Below, piece after piece: positions 9,599-19,951 of a DNA stretch of 44,714 nt. This stretch comes from Candidatus Heimdallarchaeota archaeon (GTDB lineage Archaea > Asgardarchaeota > Heimdallarchaeia > Hodarchaeales > Hodarchaeaceae). The notes under the pieces were generated by a model. It was not told the DNA's origin. It ran no database searches and worked only from the letters and a program-made list of their open reading frames with translations. The position numbers and the translations under genes are program-made. The number at the start of each line of letters is the position of its first letter. Positions within the stretch are counted from its first letter, which is position 1. The DNA is taken from assembly GCA_019057635.1 (NCBI GenBank), contig DXJL01000090.1, positions 1 to 44,714 on the forward strand, written 5' to 3'.

Positions 9599-10156
9599 TT
9601 GGAAGCAGAACTAAAAATCCTAATTGCTGATATTTTCGTAGATGTAGACCTGAAAGCATATATAACTCAGACTATAGGCCCCCCAAAGGAGGAAATTGAA
9701 CAATTCGATACCTACTTTCAAAGTCCCGTCAATGACTTTTATATCACTGATGAAGCACTCCGTATACGACGAATTCTCTCACAGGGAGAGAATGAAAGAA
9801 TCGAATTGACTTATAAAGGCCCAAAAACGGGTACAGATATGAAAGTGCGAGAAGAGATCACCTCAGGAATAAATAGCCATTCCGAGATCATTAAAATTCT
9901 TGAACAATTAGGATTTTCGATTGTAATGGAAGTCTCAAAAAGGCGTACGAACTGGTGGGAACAGCCAATCACACTTTCTTTAGATGATGTTGAAGGACTT
10001 GGAAAATTCATAGAAGTAGAAATAATAACCTCTAATTCCCATTCGACCTTACACAACGATAAAATAAGACTGCTTGAATTCACTCGAGGCATATTTCCTA
10101 AATGGAATGGAAAAAACGAGAGAAAATCTTATTTAGAACTCCTAATGAATAAATGA
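9599..10156 (+). CDS. cyaB: CYTH-family protein (class IV adenylate cyclase CyaB-like)
   Basis: EAELK, QFDTYF, ALRIR, LTYKGPK, LDDVEGLGKFIEVE, RKSYLEL. Confidence 0.9.
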   Translation: MEAELKILIADIFVDVDLKAYITQTIGPPKEEIEQFDTYFQSPVNDFYITDEALRIRRILSQGENERIELTYKGPKTGTDMKVREEITSGINSHSEIIKILEQLGFSIVMEVSKRRTNWWEQPITLSLDDVEGLGKFIEVEIITSNSHSTLHNDKIRLLEFTRGIFPKWNGKNERKSYLELLMNK

Positions 10157-10180
10157 ACAAAAGATCAGGACAGGGCTTGA

Positions 10181-11113
10181 ATGGCAGAACAAATAATATC
10201 ATGGGAGTTTAAAGAACGATGGGTAAATTTCTACGGAAAAAAGGTGACAGAAAGGATTCTTAGAGAATTAAAACAATCAGATCCTCGTATCATTGCTCCA
10301 AACACACTATATACTACACGAAGGCAACTGCAAGAAAGTCTAGAAAGTCAAGGATTTAGATTTGCCCCCGAAACCCCATTTAACTGTCTAACACTTGAGT
10401 TTGAACCGTTTAACATTGTAGCAACTTCTGAATATCTGTCTGGCTTGTTAACAATCCAAGCATTAACATCATTAATACCCCCAAAATGTTTGAATCCTTC
10501 TTCCGAGTCAGTGGTAGCGGATTTAGCTGCTTCTCCAGGAATAAAAACCTGTTTACTAGCGGAGGTAATGGAAAACACTGGTACCCTTTTCGCGATTGAG
10601 AAAGCAAAGAAACGTATTCCAGCCCTCAAGTCCAATATTACCAGGATGGGCATCTATAACACATTCATTTTGAACTGTGATGCGAGATCATTTCCTGGAT
10701 TAAACGTTAAAGTCGATCATATAATGTTAGATGCACCATGTACAGGAACAGGACTTAAATTAAAGAAAAATAAGCGTTTAGAACCCAGGATACTTAATGA
10801 TGTCACTCGACAATCTGTAATTCAACGCGAAATACTAGATGAAGCATGGAAACAACTGAAAATCGATGGAACGATTGTTTATTCAACATGTAGCCTTGAG
10901 CCTGAAGAAGGAGAAGTTCAAATTAACAATTTTCTTGCTAGACATGAAAAACAAGTTCAAGTCCTTCCCATTAATATTAATATTGGCAATCCAGGAAATT
11001 TAACGCGCTGGACTAAGGTTTATGATTCCCAGATCAGTAATACTAGAAGAATATTCCCCGATCAGGGAATGGATGGATTTTTCATCGCTCTGATGAAGAA
11101 GGTGCGTGAATAA
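10181..11113 (+). CDS. NOL1/NOP2/Sun family RNA m5C methyltransferase
   Basis: DLAASPGIKT, LDAPCTGTG, VYSTCS, MDGFFIA. Confidence 0.93.
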   Translation: MAEQIISWEFKERWVNFYGKKVTERILRELKQSDPRIIAPNTLYTTRRQLQESLESQGFRFAPETPFNCLTLEFEPFNIVATSEYLSGLLTIQALTSLIPPKCLNPSSESVVADLAASPGIKTCLLAEVMENTGTLFAIEKAKKRIPALKSNITRMGIYNTFILNCDARSFPGLNVKVDHIMLDAPCTGTGLKLKKNKRLEPRILNDVTRQSVIQREILDEAWKQLKIDGTIVYSTCSLEPEEGEVQINNFLARHEKQVQVLPININIGNPGNLTRWTKVYDSQISNTRRIFPDQGMDGFFIALMKKVRE

Positions 11114-11658
11114 TGCAGATAACAAAACTTACTGAGGAGGAAATTGTCGCTGTGTCTACAGTGATCAATGAAATATTGAAATCGGATGATTTTAGCCAAA
11201 TCCTAAATACTCATTCTCTTATAAAGATCATAAATAGAAGAGATGAGATTTATTTAATAAAAAATTCAGATAGCCTCTATCTGAGTAGTTCTAGAACAAG
11301 TGACAGAGGTAAGAACTGTATAATCTTGACTGGTAAGATTAAGCTTGGATTCTTCATCCGGGGGAAATTTAAGATTGGAATCGAGTCGTTACGTTTCTTG
11401 GCCAATTATTGTCAGAATCCAATTTTCCTCTCTCCTAGACAGGCAAAACGCTTTATTTATAGTAAAGATATAAATTTAAGATTTGATGATACAAAAAAAG
11501 GACTAGAGAAATATTCAGACGGTTCAATGGTACTAGTATTTAATAAAAAAAGAATTCCTATTGGATACGCCAAAATTTTACACAAACAAGACTATCTTCA
11601 ACTAAAGAACATAATTGATATTGGTATTTATCTTCGCTCCGAGAAAACTGCCTTCTAA
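11113..11658 (+). CDS. Nip7-like PUA-domain ribosome biogenesis factor
   Basis: KLGFF, FIYSKDI, PIGYA, C-terminal DIGIYLRSE; coupled to upstream gene by TAATG. Confidence 0.75.
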   Translation: MQITKLTEEEIVAVSTVINEILKSDDFSQILNTHSLIKIINRRDEIYLIKNSDSLYLSSSRTSDRGKNCIILTGKIKLGFFIRGKFKIGIESLRFLANYCQNPIFLSPRQAKRFIYSKDINLRFDDTKKGLEKYSDGSMVLVFNKKRIPIGYAKILHKQDYLQLKNIIDIGIYLRSEKTAF

Positions 11659-11661
11659 AGC

Positions 11662-11674
11662 AAAAAAGTTTAAA
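11662..11674 (+). promoter_or_regulatory. BRE/TATA promoter of RNase P RNA gene
   Basis: AAAAAAG-TTTAAA about 25 nt upstream of the P1 5' strand. Confidence 0.55.
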
Positions 11675-11698
11675 TGTGATAAGACTCCGTTCACTCTT

Positions 11699-12075
11699 GT
11701 GAGCATCGAAGCAACAGCCTGACTTCGGGTTTCATAGAAAATCTGAGGAAATTCCAGCCATTCGTTCAAGCCGAACAGAGGCTTTTCCTTCATTGGAGAA
11801 ATCTTTGTCAATCGAGAGGTTGGGCTCTGTTACAGAAACGACACGCCCTTATTCAAATGGCGAGGATAGAGTGAAGTCTGTGGTAACACACGATTATTTA
11901 AGCTCTTGAGGACGAATAAGGAATCGATGAGACGAACATCCTCGGTGAATGCAAGCAGAATATTTGATCTTTCACAAGATCTAGGAGAGTTGCGCTTAGG
12001 TTGATGTCAGGAACCTAAATTAGGTGACTTATTTAGGTGAACAGAAGCTGGATTACTCATTGGAGCGATGCTCAC
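11699..12075 (+). ncRNA. rnpB: RNase P RNA
   Basis: P1: GTGAGCATCG (11699-11708) pairs with CGATGCTCAC (12066-12075); GAGGAAATTCCAGC and AACAGAAGCTGGATTA form P4; internal ACAGAAAC motif. Confidence 0.95.
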
Positions 12076-12160
12076 TTTCTTCTCACGTTTTACCTAAAGT
12101 ACTTTAATATAGAAGTAGAAAGACGAACTGCTCGTTAGCTTCTGGGAGCTTTCACCAACT

Positions 12161-13999
12161 ATGCGAATTGTAGTTCTTAATACCGATAAATGCAAACCAA
12201 AGCGTTGCGTTAAAGAATGTCGGGGTTCATGTCCTGTTGTTCGTTCTGGAACTGAAATGTTTGAATTCCCAACAGATATTTCACAACCGATCATCCATGA
12301 ACAATTCTGTACAGGTTGTGGTATCTGTGCACGCACGTGCCGCTTTCATGCGCTTACGATAATCAATACTCCGGAAAAACTTGATAAGGATCTAACACAA
12401 CGATTTGGCAGAAATGGATTTACTCTTTTCCGTCTACCCACAATTAAACCGAATAAGGTGAATGGATTTGTCGGTCAGAATGGTATAGGAAAATCAACGG
12501 CATTAAAAATTCTCTCAGGGGATATAATTCCCAATTTTGGGCAACAAGACAAAGACCCTAATTGGGAAACCGTAAAAGAGTTTTACAAGGGCACAGAACT
12601 TCAAAATTTCTTCCAACGTATGATGGACAAAGATATAAAATGCATCAGAAAACCTCAAACCATTGAAAACATTCCCAAACAAGTGAAGGGGTCTGTGAAA
12701 GAAGTTTTAAGTCGATTTGATGAGAGACAAGTGCTAAATGAGCTTAAGGAGGATTTAGCACTGGAAAAAATTTGGGATCGCGAAATTGCGATTTTATCTG
12801 GGGGGGAATTGCAAAAGGTTGCTATTGCAGTGGCAATAACTCGAGAAGCAGATATCTATCTTTTTGATGAACCCTCGTCATTCCTTGACATAAACGAACG
12901 ATTACGTACGGGAAGAGTCATTCGAAATTTGATTAATGATGATAAGACTGTAATTGTTGTGGAACACGATCTTGCTGTATTAGATTACCTTTCTGATTAT
13001 ATCACTATGTTTTATGGGATCCCCGCATCGTATGGTATTTGCTCACTACCATATTCTGAAAAAGAAGGTATTAACGTTTTTTTGGATGGATTTATTCCTT
13101 CAGAAAATATGCGGTTTCGTAATTATTCAATAAAAATCAAAAAATCTTCAGATCGTACCGCCCAACTTGATGCTGACCCCCTTTTATCCTATGAAGATCT
13201 CTCAAAAAAGTTTAACGAAAGTAAATTCTCCCTTGATGTCAGAGGAGGTACAATTCATCAAAATGAGATAATAGGAATTCTCGGACCTAATGGAATTGGG
13301 AAGACGACATTTATTAAAATGCTGGCAGGATTAGAAAAACCCTCTACAGGCATTGTGGAAAAACAAAAATTGATGGGGAGTGTACCAGTAGATAGTAGCG
13401 AAGATTTAGAGGATTCTGTTTTGCGAGTTGCCTATAAACCCCAATATATTTCTTTAAACTCGGATCTATCAGTAGAAGCATATTTACTTAGGAAGGGGGG
13501 TTCAATTGTTGCTACTCCACAGTTTAAAAGTGAAAATATTAAAGCTTTCGGACTTGAAGACCTTCTTGATCAACCAGTTCGTTATTTAAGTGGGGGAGAA
13601 AAACAGAAAGTGGCAATAGTGGAAACTTTAGCTCAATCTGCAGATTTGTACCTTTTTGATGAACCTTCAGCATTTCTCTCTATTGAAGATAGGTTAAATG
13701 CTGCAAAATTGATAAGAAGGATGATTCAATCTCATCATGCCTCAGCATTCATAGTCGAACATGATATTGTGACCCAAGATTACGTTTCTGATCGAATTAT
13801 TGTCTTCCTTGGTTCACCAGGTGAATATGGACGAGCCTATGCTCCTTCTGCAGTAAGAAAAGGAATGAATCGATTTTTGGGGAATTTAAAAATTACTTTT
13901 AGAAGAGATCCAAAAACAGGTCGTCCTCGGGTTAATAAATTCGATTCTAAACTCGACCGAGAACAGAAGAGCCAGGGCGAGTATTATTATGAGAAGTGA
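12161..13999 (+). CDS. rli: Ribosome recycling ATPase ABCE1/RLI
   Basis: N-terminal Fe-S cysteines, two ABC domains (GQNGIGKST/LSGGE; GPNGIGKTT/LSGGE), TFRRDPKTGRPRVNK. Confidence 0.98.
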   Translation: MRIVVLNTDKCKPKRCVKECRGSCPVVRSGTEMFEFPTDISQPIIHEQFCTGCGICARTCRFHALTIINTPEKLDKDLTQRFGRNGFTLFRLPTIKPNKVNGFVGQNGIGKSTALKILSGDIIPNFGQQDKDPNWETVKEFYKGTELQNFFQRMMDKDIKCIRKPQTIENIPKQVKGSVKEVLSRFDERQVLNELKEDLALEKIWDREIAILSGGELQKVAIAVAITREADIYLFDEPSSFLDINERLRTGRVIRNLINDDKTVIVVEHDLAVLDYLSDYITMFYGIPASYGICSLPYSEKEGINVFLDGFIPSENMRFRNYSIKIKKSSDRTAQLDADPLLSYEDLSKKFNESKFSLDVRGGTIHQNEIIGILGPNGIGKTTFIKMLAGLEKPSTGIVEKQKLMGSVPVDSSEDLEDSVLRVAYKPQYISLNSDLSVEAYLLRKGGSIVATPQFKSENIKAFGLEDLLDQPVRYLSGGEKQKVAIVETLAQSADLYLFDEPSAFLSIEDRLNAAKLIRRMIQSHHASAFIVEHDIVTQDYVSDRIIVFLGSPGEYGRAYAPSAVRKGMNRFLGNLKITFRRDPKTGRPRVNKFDSKLDREQKSQGEYYYEK

Positions 14000-14537
14000 T
14001 ATTGCCTCAAGGAATTTAATCACACTCTATTATGCAAATCAATGTGATCGACGGAAATGCACTGGAATCAAAACCTGGCAACTCTACAAAAAAAACAAAC
14101 TTCCATTTATCGAACACTTGCGATTCGTATCACGAATTGCACAAATTCCAAGATTCTCTATTATTCTTAATCCTCTTTCAAAGACCAAGTTGACCATTTC
14201 TGATCAGACACTATATCACCGTTTCGGAATAACTGTACTTGATTGCTCATGGAATCAGGCAGAGGATATTTTTTCACGGACTTTTCCAAACTCACGATCA
14301 CTACCACGTTTAATTGCGGCGAATCCCGTTAATTATGGGAAACAGGCCAAATTAAGTAGTGTAGAGGCACTGGCAGCTTCATTATACATACTAGCTTCAC
14401 CTGAATTAGCAGAAAAGATTCTTTCGTATTTTAAATGGGGAAATCAATTCTTATTGCTAAATCAAAATCTCCTTACGGATTACCTTTCTTGCACAAACTC
14501 TGATGAAGTAGCTCAAGTTGAAAAAGAGTATTTCTAA
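13989..14537 (+). CDS. tsr3: SSU rRNA aminocarboxypropyltransferase Tsr3
   Basis: QCDRRKCTG, LDCSW, RSLPRLIAANPVNYG, LSSVEALAA, FKWG. Confidence 0.95.
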   Translation: MRSDIASRNLITLYYANQCDRRKCTGIKTWQLYKKNKLPFIEHLRFVSRIAQIPRFSIILNPLSKTKLTISDQTLYHRFGITVLDCSWNQAEDIFSRTFPNSRSLPRLIAANPVNYGKQAKLSSVEALAASLYILASPELAEKILSYFKWGNQFLLLNQNLLTDYLSCTNSDEVAQVEKEYF

Positions 14538-14663
14538 CTCATAAGCTATACAATTCTGCTTAATGAAACAAAATCCGTCTAGAAACAAATATGTTTAACT
14601 GATAATAATACCCATTTAGCCTTAAATTCCCTGAATATTGACCATTTCTTGAGTGTTCGTCAT

Positions 14664-15131
14664 ATGGCTTCAGATAAACCATTAAAAATTACGTTACTTG
14701 GTGTTAAACAGTCTAAACCGGGAAATAAATTTATTTTTGTTGGTGAAACCGAAGGATGCTCAGATTGTCGTCTCCGTGGAGCATGTTTGAAACTCGAGAA
14801 AGGTAGGGTATATGAGGTCCAGAATGTTAAAGAGACTATTCATGTCTGTAATGTGTTTGATGGGGGAGTAAAAACTGTTGAAATTTTTGACCCCTCGTAT
14901 CAAGTGAGTACAGGGGCTAAACTTGCAATAGAAGGAGCTACGATAACTTTCACTCCAAGAGAATGCGACATTATAGAGTGTCCCAATTATTATTATCATT
15001 GCCGTCCCTCTTTCTTACCCGAAGGAGAAAAATTACGGATTCTTGAAATTACAAAGGATACGATGGAGTGTCCTCATGGTTATCAACTAAAACTTATTAC
15101 TGCTGATAGAATAGAGAGCTCAAACTCGTAA
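14664..15131 (+). CDS. UPF0179-family Cys-rich protein
   Basis: ITLLG start, CSDCRLRGAC, LEKGRVYEV, CDIIEC, CPHG; ATG at 14664. Confidence 0.8.
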   Translation: MASDKPLKITLLGVKQSKPGNKFIFVGETEGCSDCRLRGACLKLEKGRVYEVQNVKETIHVCNVFDGGVKTVEIFDPSYQVSTGAKLAIEGATITFTPRECDIIECPNYYYHCRPSFLPEGEKLRILEITKDTMECPHGYQLKLITADRIESSNS

Positions 15132-15151
15132 AAATCCCCAGAGGGAAATTC

Positions 15152-15904
15152 ATGCCTATATTAGAAAATGATTGGATTAAAATTAATTATACTGGCCGTT
15201 TGAAGGAAAATTCGAAAATTTTTGATACAACTCTTGAGGAAGTCGCACGCAAAGAACAAGTCTTTGATGAAAAAAGAGGTTACAACCCACTTCTGTGTCG
15301 AGCAGGGGATGAAAAATTTCTAATCCCTGGATTAGCACGGCAATTAGTAGGAATGGAGCTTGATAAACCTCTTAAAATTGAAATCCCTGTAAAGGATGCT
15401 TATGGTGACAGAGACGCAAGTAAAATTGAAATGGTACCTACGAAAAAATTGAGGAAGGCGAATCTTGATCCACGAGTAGGGAATCGTGTTCAATTAGCAG
15501 GTAGAAATGGTACTATCATTTGGGCAGGTGGAGGACGGACAAGAATTGATTACAATCATCCGCTTGCAGGTAAAGACTTAGTTTTTGATGTTACAATAAT
15601 CGAACAACTGGCTGAAGTCGAAGATATTCAGAAAGAGATTATCTCTCGTCGTCTACCTGGTGTTAATCTTGAGGAGATCACCATTGAGACTTCAGAAGAA
15701 CCAAAAACTGTTGTTATTTCTCTTCCAAATTACTTAATATTCATGGAAGGATTGGCAATAGCAAAATATACACTGGGAACGGACCTTCACGAATTTCTTG
15801 AATTTGAAGTGGTCAAATTCCAAGACGTTTTCGATTATCAGAAGAAAGAAGTACCATCTGAAGAAGATCCAGCGAAAGAAGAGGAATCCTCTTCCGAAGA
15901 GTAG
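15152..15904 (+). CDS. slyD: Long-type archaeal FKBP peptidyl-prolyl isomerase (SlyD-like)
   Basis: INYTGR, FDTT, DAYG, IDYNHPLAGKDL, acidic tail. Confidence 0.93.
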   Translation: MPILENDWIKINYTGRLKENSKIFDTTLEEVARKEQVFDEKRGYNPLLCRAGDEKFLIPGLARQLVGMELDKPLKIEIPVKDAYGDRDASKIEMVPTKKLRKANLDPRVGNRVQLAGRNGTIIWAGGGRTRIDYNHPLAGKDLVFDVTIIEQLAEVEDIQKEIISRRLPGVNLEEITIETSEEPKTVVISLPNYLIFMEGLAIAKYTLGTDLHEFLEFEVVKFQDVFDYQKKEVPSEEDPAKEEESSSEE

Positions 15905-16001
15905 AAAAATAAAATGAGATATTCGGCATAGATTTACAGCCGAATTTTACACCTTTTTTAGTTTGTTTTGCAGAAAGCTAGGAAAAGAATTATATCTTTA
16001 C

Positions 16002-16202
16002 TCACTTAGCTTTAACTTTGATCTTCGGAACATACTTCTTTGTCCATTTAAACTTCCGTGGATCACGTTTGAAGTCTAATAATGAACGTTGACATTTTCG
16101 ACTGCAAAATCGAACAAGTTGTCCATTCTTTCGGACAAAAGACATTCCTGTTCCGGGCTCAACTTCATGTCCACAATAGTTACACTCGTATAAACGTACC
16201 AT
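16002..16202 (-). CDS. rpl24e: Ribosomal protein L24e
   Basis: CNYCG...PGTG...FCSRKC...PRKFKWT. Confidence 0.97.
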   Translation of the reverse strand: MVRLYECNYCGHEVEPGTGMSFVRKNGQLVRFCSRKCQRSLLDFKRDPRKFKWTKKYVPKIKVKAK

Positions 16203-16221
16203 TTTATCTACCTTCTTCTTT

Positions 16222-16437
16222 TTACGGACGCTTTAAATTCCGTGCTTCTCTTTCTGTTTCTCTTAAGAGGAGTGTATCGCCTTTTCGTACAGGTCCCTTT
16301 ACATTGCGTACGATAATACGGCCACGGTCGCGGCCCTCTAAGACTCGTACACGAACTTGAGTGATTTCTCCTGTTACGCCCGTACGCCCAATTATCTGCA
16401 GTACTTCAGCTGGAATACTGATATTGTCCTCACTCAT
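16222..16437 (-). CDS. rps28e: Ribosomal protein S28e
   Basis: [30 protein letters not shown]. Confidence 0.98.
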   Translation of the reverse strand: MSEDNISIPAEVLQIIGRTGVTGEITQVRVRVLEGRDRGRIIVRNVKGPVRKGDTLLLRETEREARNLKRP

Positions 16438-16450
16438 TCATGCAGGCCTC

Positions 16451-16828
16451 TTAAATTCCAGCTAGCTCCTTAATTCGGGCTGCAAGATTATCGATTTTGG
16501 CTTTTAATTCGCCTTCATTGACAATTGAACAGCTGGCTGTCTTTACACCAAGATTACACGCATTTCCCAATATCTCTTTAGTTGACACAAACATATATGG
16601 AATTTTCTTATCTTTGCATAAGAGGGGAATATGTGCCACAATTTCAGGTGGATCTACATCTAATGCTAAGAATACAAGCTTAGCATCTCCACGTTCGACA
16701 CTTTTTGTCGTTTCATTTGTACCTTTTCGAATATTGGATGGATCAGCACTAACAGTTTCCAATACCGTTAAAGCATCATTTTCAAGCCCTTCAGGCTGTT
16801 CATAATTTACATAGAATGGTTTACTCAT
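16451..16828 (-). CDS. rpl7ae: Ribosomal protein L7Ae
   Basis: KGTNETTKSVERG, DVDPPEIVAHIP; conserved L7Ae-S28e-L24e order. Confidence 0.97.
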   Translation of the reverse strand: MSKPFYVNYEQPEGLENDALTVLETVSADPSNIRKGTNETTKSVERGDAKLVFLALDVDPPEIVAHIPLLCKDKKIPYMFVSTKEILGNACNLGVKTASCSIVNEGELKAKIDNLAARIKELAGI

Positions 16829-17030
16829 GTTTATTTCGACCTCCAGGGTCTAGGACGTAAGAAATTCTATAGTATCGGAAAAAGTTGGTATAGAACTTCT
16901 CTAATTTTGGTTTGATTTCAACCCAATCCTTGGTCGGGCAAATGAATCAGCCTAAATTCATAAATAAAAAGTTTTAGCTGAAGTTTTATTCGTAAATCGG
17001 CTTTACCCCAATTTCTCTTGAATTTTCTAT

Positions 17031-18167
17031 TTAATTTGGTCGAGAAGAGTACTCTCTTGGGTCAATTCCAAAAGCTCTTAGCAATTCAGCTGTTTTTCCA
17101 GAGATGATAAGAGGAACGGATTTTAATTCTTCAATGTTTTGGGATCCGGTTAAAAAACAGGCAAGGCGAATTTCATATGCAATTTCTTCGATATATTTCA
17201 GGGACTTTTCTATTGAATGATCCTGTGCAGTAAATAGGAATGGAATGGCCATTCCTGCTGCATCTGCTCCGAGTGCGAGTAGTTTAGCAACTTCCAATCC
17301 ATTTCTAACGCCTCCTGATCCAATAATATGTCCGCTGAATGATTCCTTTGCTAAAATAGTGCTAATAACTGTAGGTAATCCCCAATCCCAAAATACCTCC
17401 CCTGTTTTTTTATATTTTGGAACTTCAGCTCTTATAGATTCGACACCAGCCCATGAAGTGCCCCCTACACCTTGAATATCAATTCCTGCAAATCCTGATT
17501 TCATTATGCGATCAATATCAAACCGACTAAACCCTGAACCTACTTCTTTCGCAATGATCGGAGTCGGGGATACATTGATCAGTTGTGAAACTCGATCTAT
17601 CAGTCCATGAAGGTTTGTATCACCTTCAGGTTGAATTGATTCCTGTAATGGATTAAAATGGAATGCTACTGCATCCGCATTTATCATAGAAACAATGTTT
17701 TTCAAGTCTGTGGACGTTAAACCATCTACTATTTGTCCTGCACCTATATTTCCAATCTTAAGGGTTGTAGGGGCATTATTTTTAACAATTTCAAATGACT
17801 CACGTGCTTGAGCATCTTCCAAGGCAGCCCGTTGACTTCCAACACCCATTCCTATCTGTGTTTTTTCTGCTACTTGAGATAGATAATCATTAAGCTGCTG
17901 AGCAAAAGCATGGCCACCAGTCATTCCTGAAATAATCATTGGTAATCGTAATTTTTTCCCGAAAATATCTACTGATAAATCTATATCCTTCATATTGAGA
18001 TCAGTAGTCGCGTGATGCACAAAGGAAATATCTTCCAAGCCTGTGGTGATACTACGACCTTGAACATCATGTTCAAGACATATCTGTAAATGAGCAAGTT
18101 TTCGTTCAGAAGTAATAGTTGCTTCTTTTTTCTCATCAATTTCGTGAGGTGAGGTCTTAGATTCCAT
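17031..18167 (-). CDS. fni: Type 2 isopentenyl-diphosphate isomerase
   Basis: RKLAHL, GMTGG, GVGSQR, NPLQESIQPEGD, KEVGSG, GGTSW, SGGVRNG. Confidence 0.97.
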   Translation of the reverse strand: MESKTSPHEIDEKKEATITSERKLAHLQICLEHDVQGRSITTGLEDISFVHHATTDLNMKDIDLSVDIFGKKLRLPMIISGMTGGHAFAQQLNDYLSQVAEKTQIGMGVGSQRAALEDAQARESFEIVKNNAPTTLKIGNIGAGQIVDGLTSTDLKNIVSMINADAVAFHFNPLQESIQPEGDTNLHGLIDRVSQLINVSPTPIIAKEVGSGFSRFDIDRIMKSGFAGIDIQGVGGTSWAGVESIRAEVPKYKKTGEVFWDWGLPTVISTILAKESFSGHIIGSGGVRNGLEVAKLLALGADAAGMAIPFLFTAQDHSIEKSLKYIEEIAYEIRLACFLTGSQNIEELKSVPLIISGKTAELLRAFGIDPREYSSRPN

Positions 18168-18209
18168 TTGTGGTACACTTCTTGATGGTTATCTTGGCAA
18201 ATATAATGG

Positions 18210-18803
18210 TTACTCTGATTGTATGACACTATTCCATCGTGTATATTTATCATTGGGTATATTGAAACAATCCAATATCTTTCCCGAAATAAAATCGAAT
18301 AAATCCTGTATAGATTTAGGACGGTGATAGAAACCAGGACTCAAAGGTAGAACGATCGCTCCATACAAGGAAAGCTGATTTAGATTGTGTAGACATCCTG
18401 GACTTAAGGGAGTTTCTCGAATACCGATAATTAGTGGTTTTTTCATTTTTAATATATTATCTGCTGCGCGAGAAATTAAGTTTCCAGTATTAGCTAATGC
18501 AATATTGCTAACTGTCTTAACCGTGGCTGGAATCACAACCATTCCATCAACAATTGTCGAACTACTGGAAATAGCTGCACTCATATCATTTTCTTTATAT
18601 AAGTAATCAGGTAACTTTTGAAAATCATCTATTGTGTTAAATGACTCATTCACGATCACCTGCTTTGCCCACTTACTAATAATGACGTGAGTTTCGACAT
18701 CATGAGATGAGAGAGCCCTAATTGCTTCAATGCCATAATCTATTCCCGAGGCACCTGTTAAAGCCACAATTATTTTTTTAGACTTCAATAACATTGACTC
18801 CAA
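18210..18803 (-). CDS. ubiX: Flavin prenyltransferase UbiX
   Basis: LTGASG, AAISSSS, NLISRAAD, RETPL, PGFYHRP. Confidence 0.95.
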   Translation of the reverse strand: MESMLLKSKKIIVALTGASGIDYGIEAIRALSSHDVETHVIISKWAKQVIVNESFNTIDDFQKLPDYLYKENDMSAAISSSSTIVDGMVVIPATVKTVSNIALANTGNLISRAADNILKMKKPLIIGIRETPLSPGCLHNLNQLSLYGAIVLPLSPGFYHRPKSIQDLFDFISGKILDCFNIPNDKYTRWNSVIQSE

Positions 18804-18937
18804 TACAGAACTAACACTAGAAATTCTTCTGTTTAATAGAATACTACTACGGAAATATCTTCATTATGAATAAATCTTTTTTACATAGATCGATTAATTA
18901 ATCTTTGTTAAACACGTTCTTTATGGTTATGATGCTA

Positions 18938-19930
18938 ATGAAAGCAACTGCAATTGCAAATTCCAATATTGCACTAGTAAAGTACTGGGGAAAAAGAAAC
19001 TCTGATTTAATTCTACCTTACAATTCGAGTGTCTCAATGACATTGAATAATCTTAATACTAAGACAACAGTTGAATTTAATAAGACTTTATCAGAGTACG
19101 AGGTAACCATCAATAGAAAGGTAGCAAAAGGTGAAGAGTTGGCTAGAGTAGCGAATCATCTGGAGCTATTACAAAATTCATCCCCCCACAAAATATTTGC
19201 TAAGGTTAGGAGTGAAAGTAATTTTCCTAAGAAAGCTGGATTAGCTAGTTCGGCCTCTGGATTTGCAGCTCTCACTCTAGCAGGGACTAAAGCCTTAGGT
19301 CAAGATCTCACTGTGAAAAATTTAAGCATTCTTGCAAGAAGGGGGAGTGGAAGTGCTTCCAGAAGTATTCTAGGAGGATTTGTGGAGTGGACCAAAGGTT
19401 CCTTACCAGATGGCTTAGATAGCCATGCCCTCCAAATAAAGAAAGAAGCTCATTGGCCAGAATTATCTATGATTGTAACAATTATCTCAACTGAAGAGAA
19501 AAAAGTCTCCTCCCGCGCAGGAATGAGTCAAACGGTGAAGAATTCGCCATTTTATAGTGCATGGTTAGACACGATTGAATCTGATGTGGAGAAAATGAAA
19601 CAAGCAATCTCAGAAAAGGATTTTATTCAATTAGGAAAGATCGCTGAATTAAATGCTATTAAAATGCACGCAACCATGCAGACAACAACTCCTCCTTTTA
19701 TTTATTGGGAAGCAGGATCATTGTCTATTATGAAAGAGGTACTGAAACTCCGAGAAGAGGGAATTGAATGCTACTTCACTATGGATGCAGGGCCACAGGT
19801 GAAAATTCTCTGTCAACAAAAAGATATAGAAACAATAAAATCTAGGGTAACAGAAATAAATTTAGTTAAAGATATAATTATTTGCCATCCAGGTAAAGAG
19901 GCACGATTAACCGAGGATCACTTATTTTGA
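18938..19930 (+). CDS. mvaD: Diphosphomevalonate decarboxylase
   Basis: NIALVKYWGK, GLASSASGFAA, RRGSGSASRS, SSRAGM, FTMDAGP; ATG at 18938; next to a phosphomevalonate kinase. Confidence 0.9.
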   Translation: MKATAIANSNIALVKYWGKRNSDLILPYNSSVSMTLNNLNTKTTVEFNKTLSEYEVTINRKVAKGEELARVANHLELLQNSSPHKIFAKVRSESNFPKKAGLASSASGFAALTLAGTKALGQDLTVKNLSILARRGSGSASRSILGGFVEWTKGSLPDGLDSHALQIKKEAHWPELSMIVTIISTEEKKVSSRAGMSQTVKNSPFYSAWLDTIESDVEKMKQAISEKDFIQLGKIAELNAIKMHATMQTTTPPFIYWEAGSLSIMKEVLKLREEGIECYFTMDAGPQVKILCQQKDIETIKSRVTEINLVKDIIICHPGKEARLTEDHLF

Positions 19931-19951
19931 CAGAGTAAATGAGGTTGTTAG

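Noticed and set aside
13355-13425. Extra acidic segment in ABCE1 as a second, in-frame intron
   Set aside because: No stop codon and no bulge-helix-bulge pairing found; reads as a surface loop
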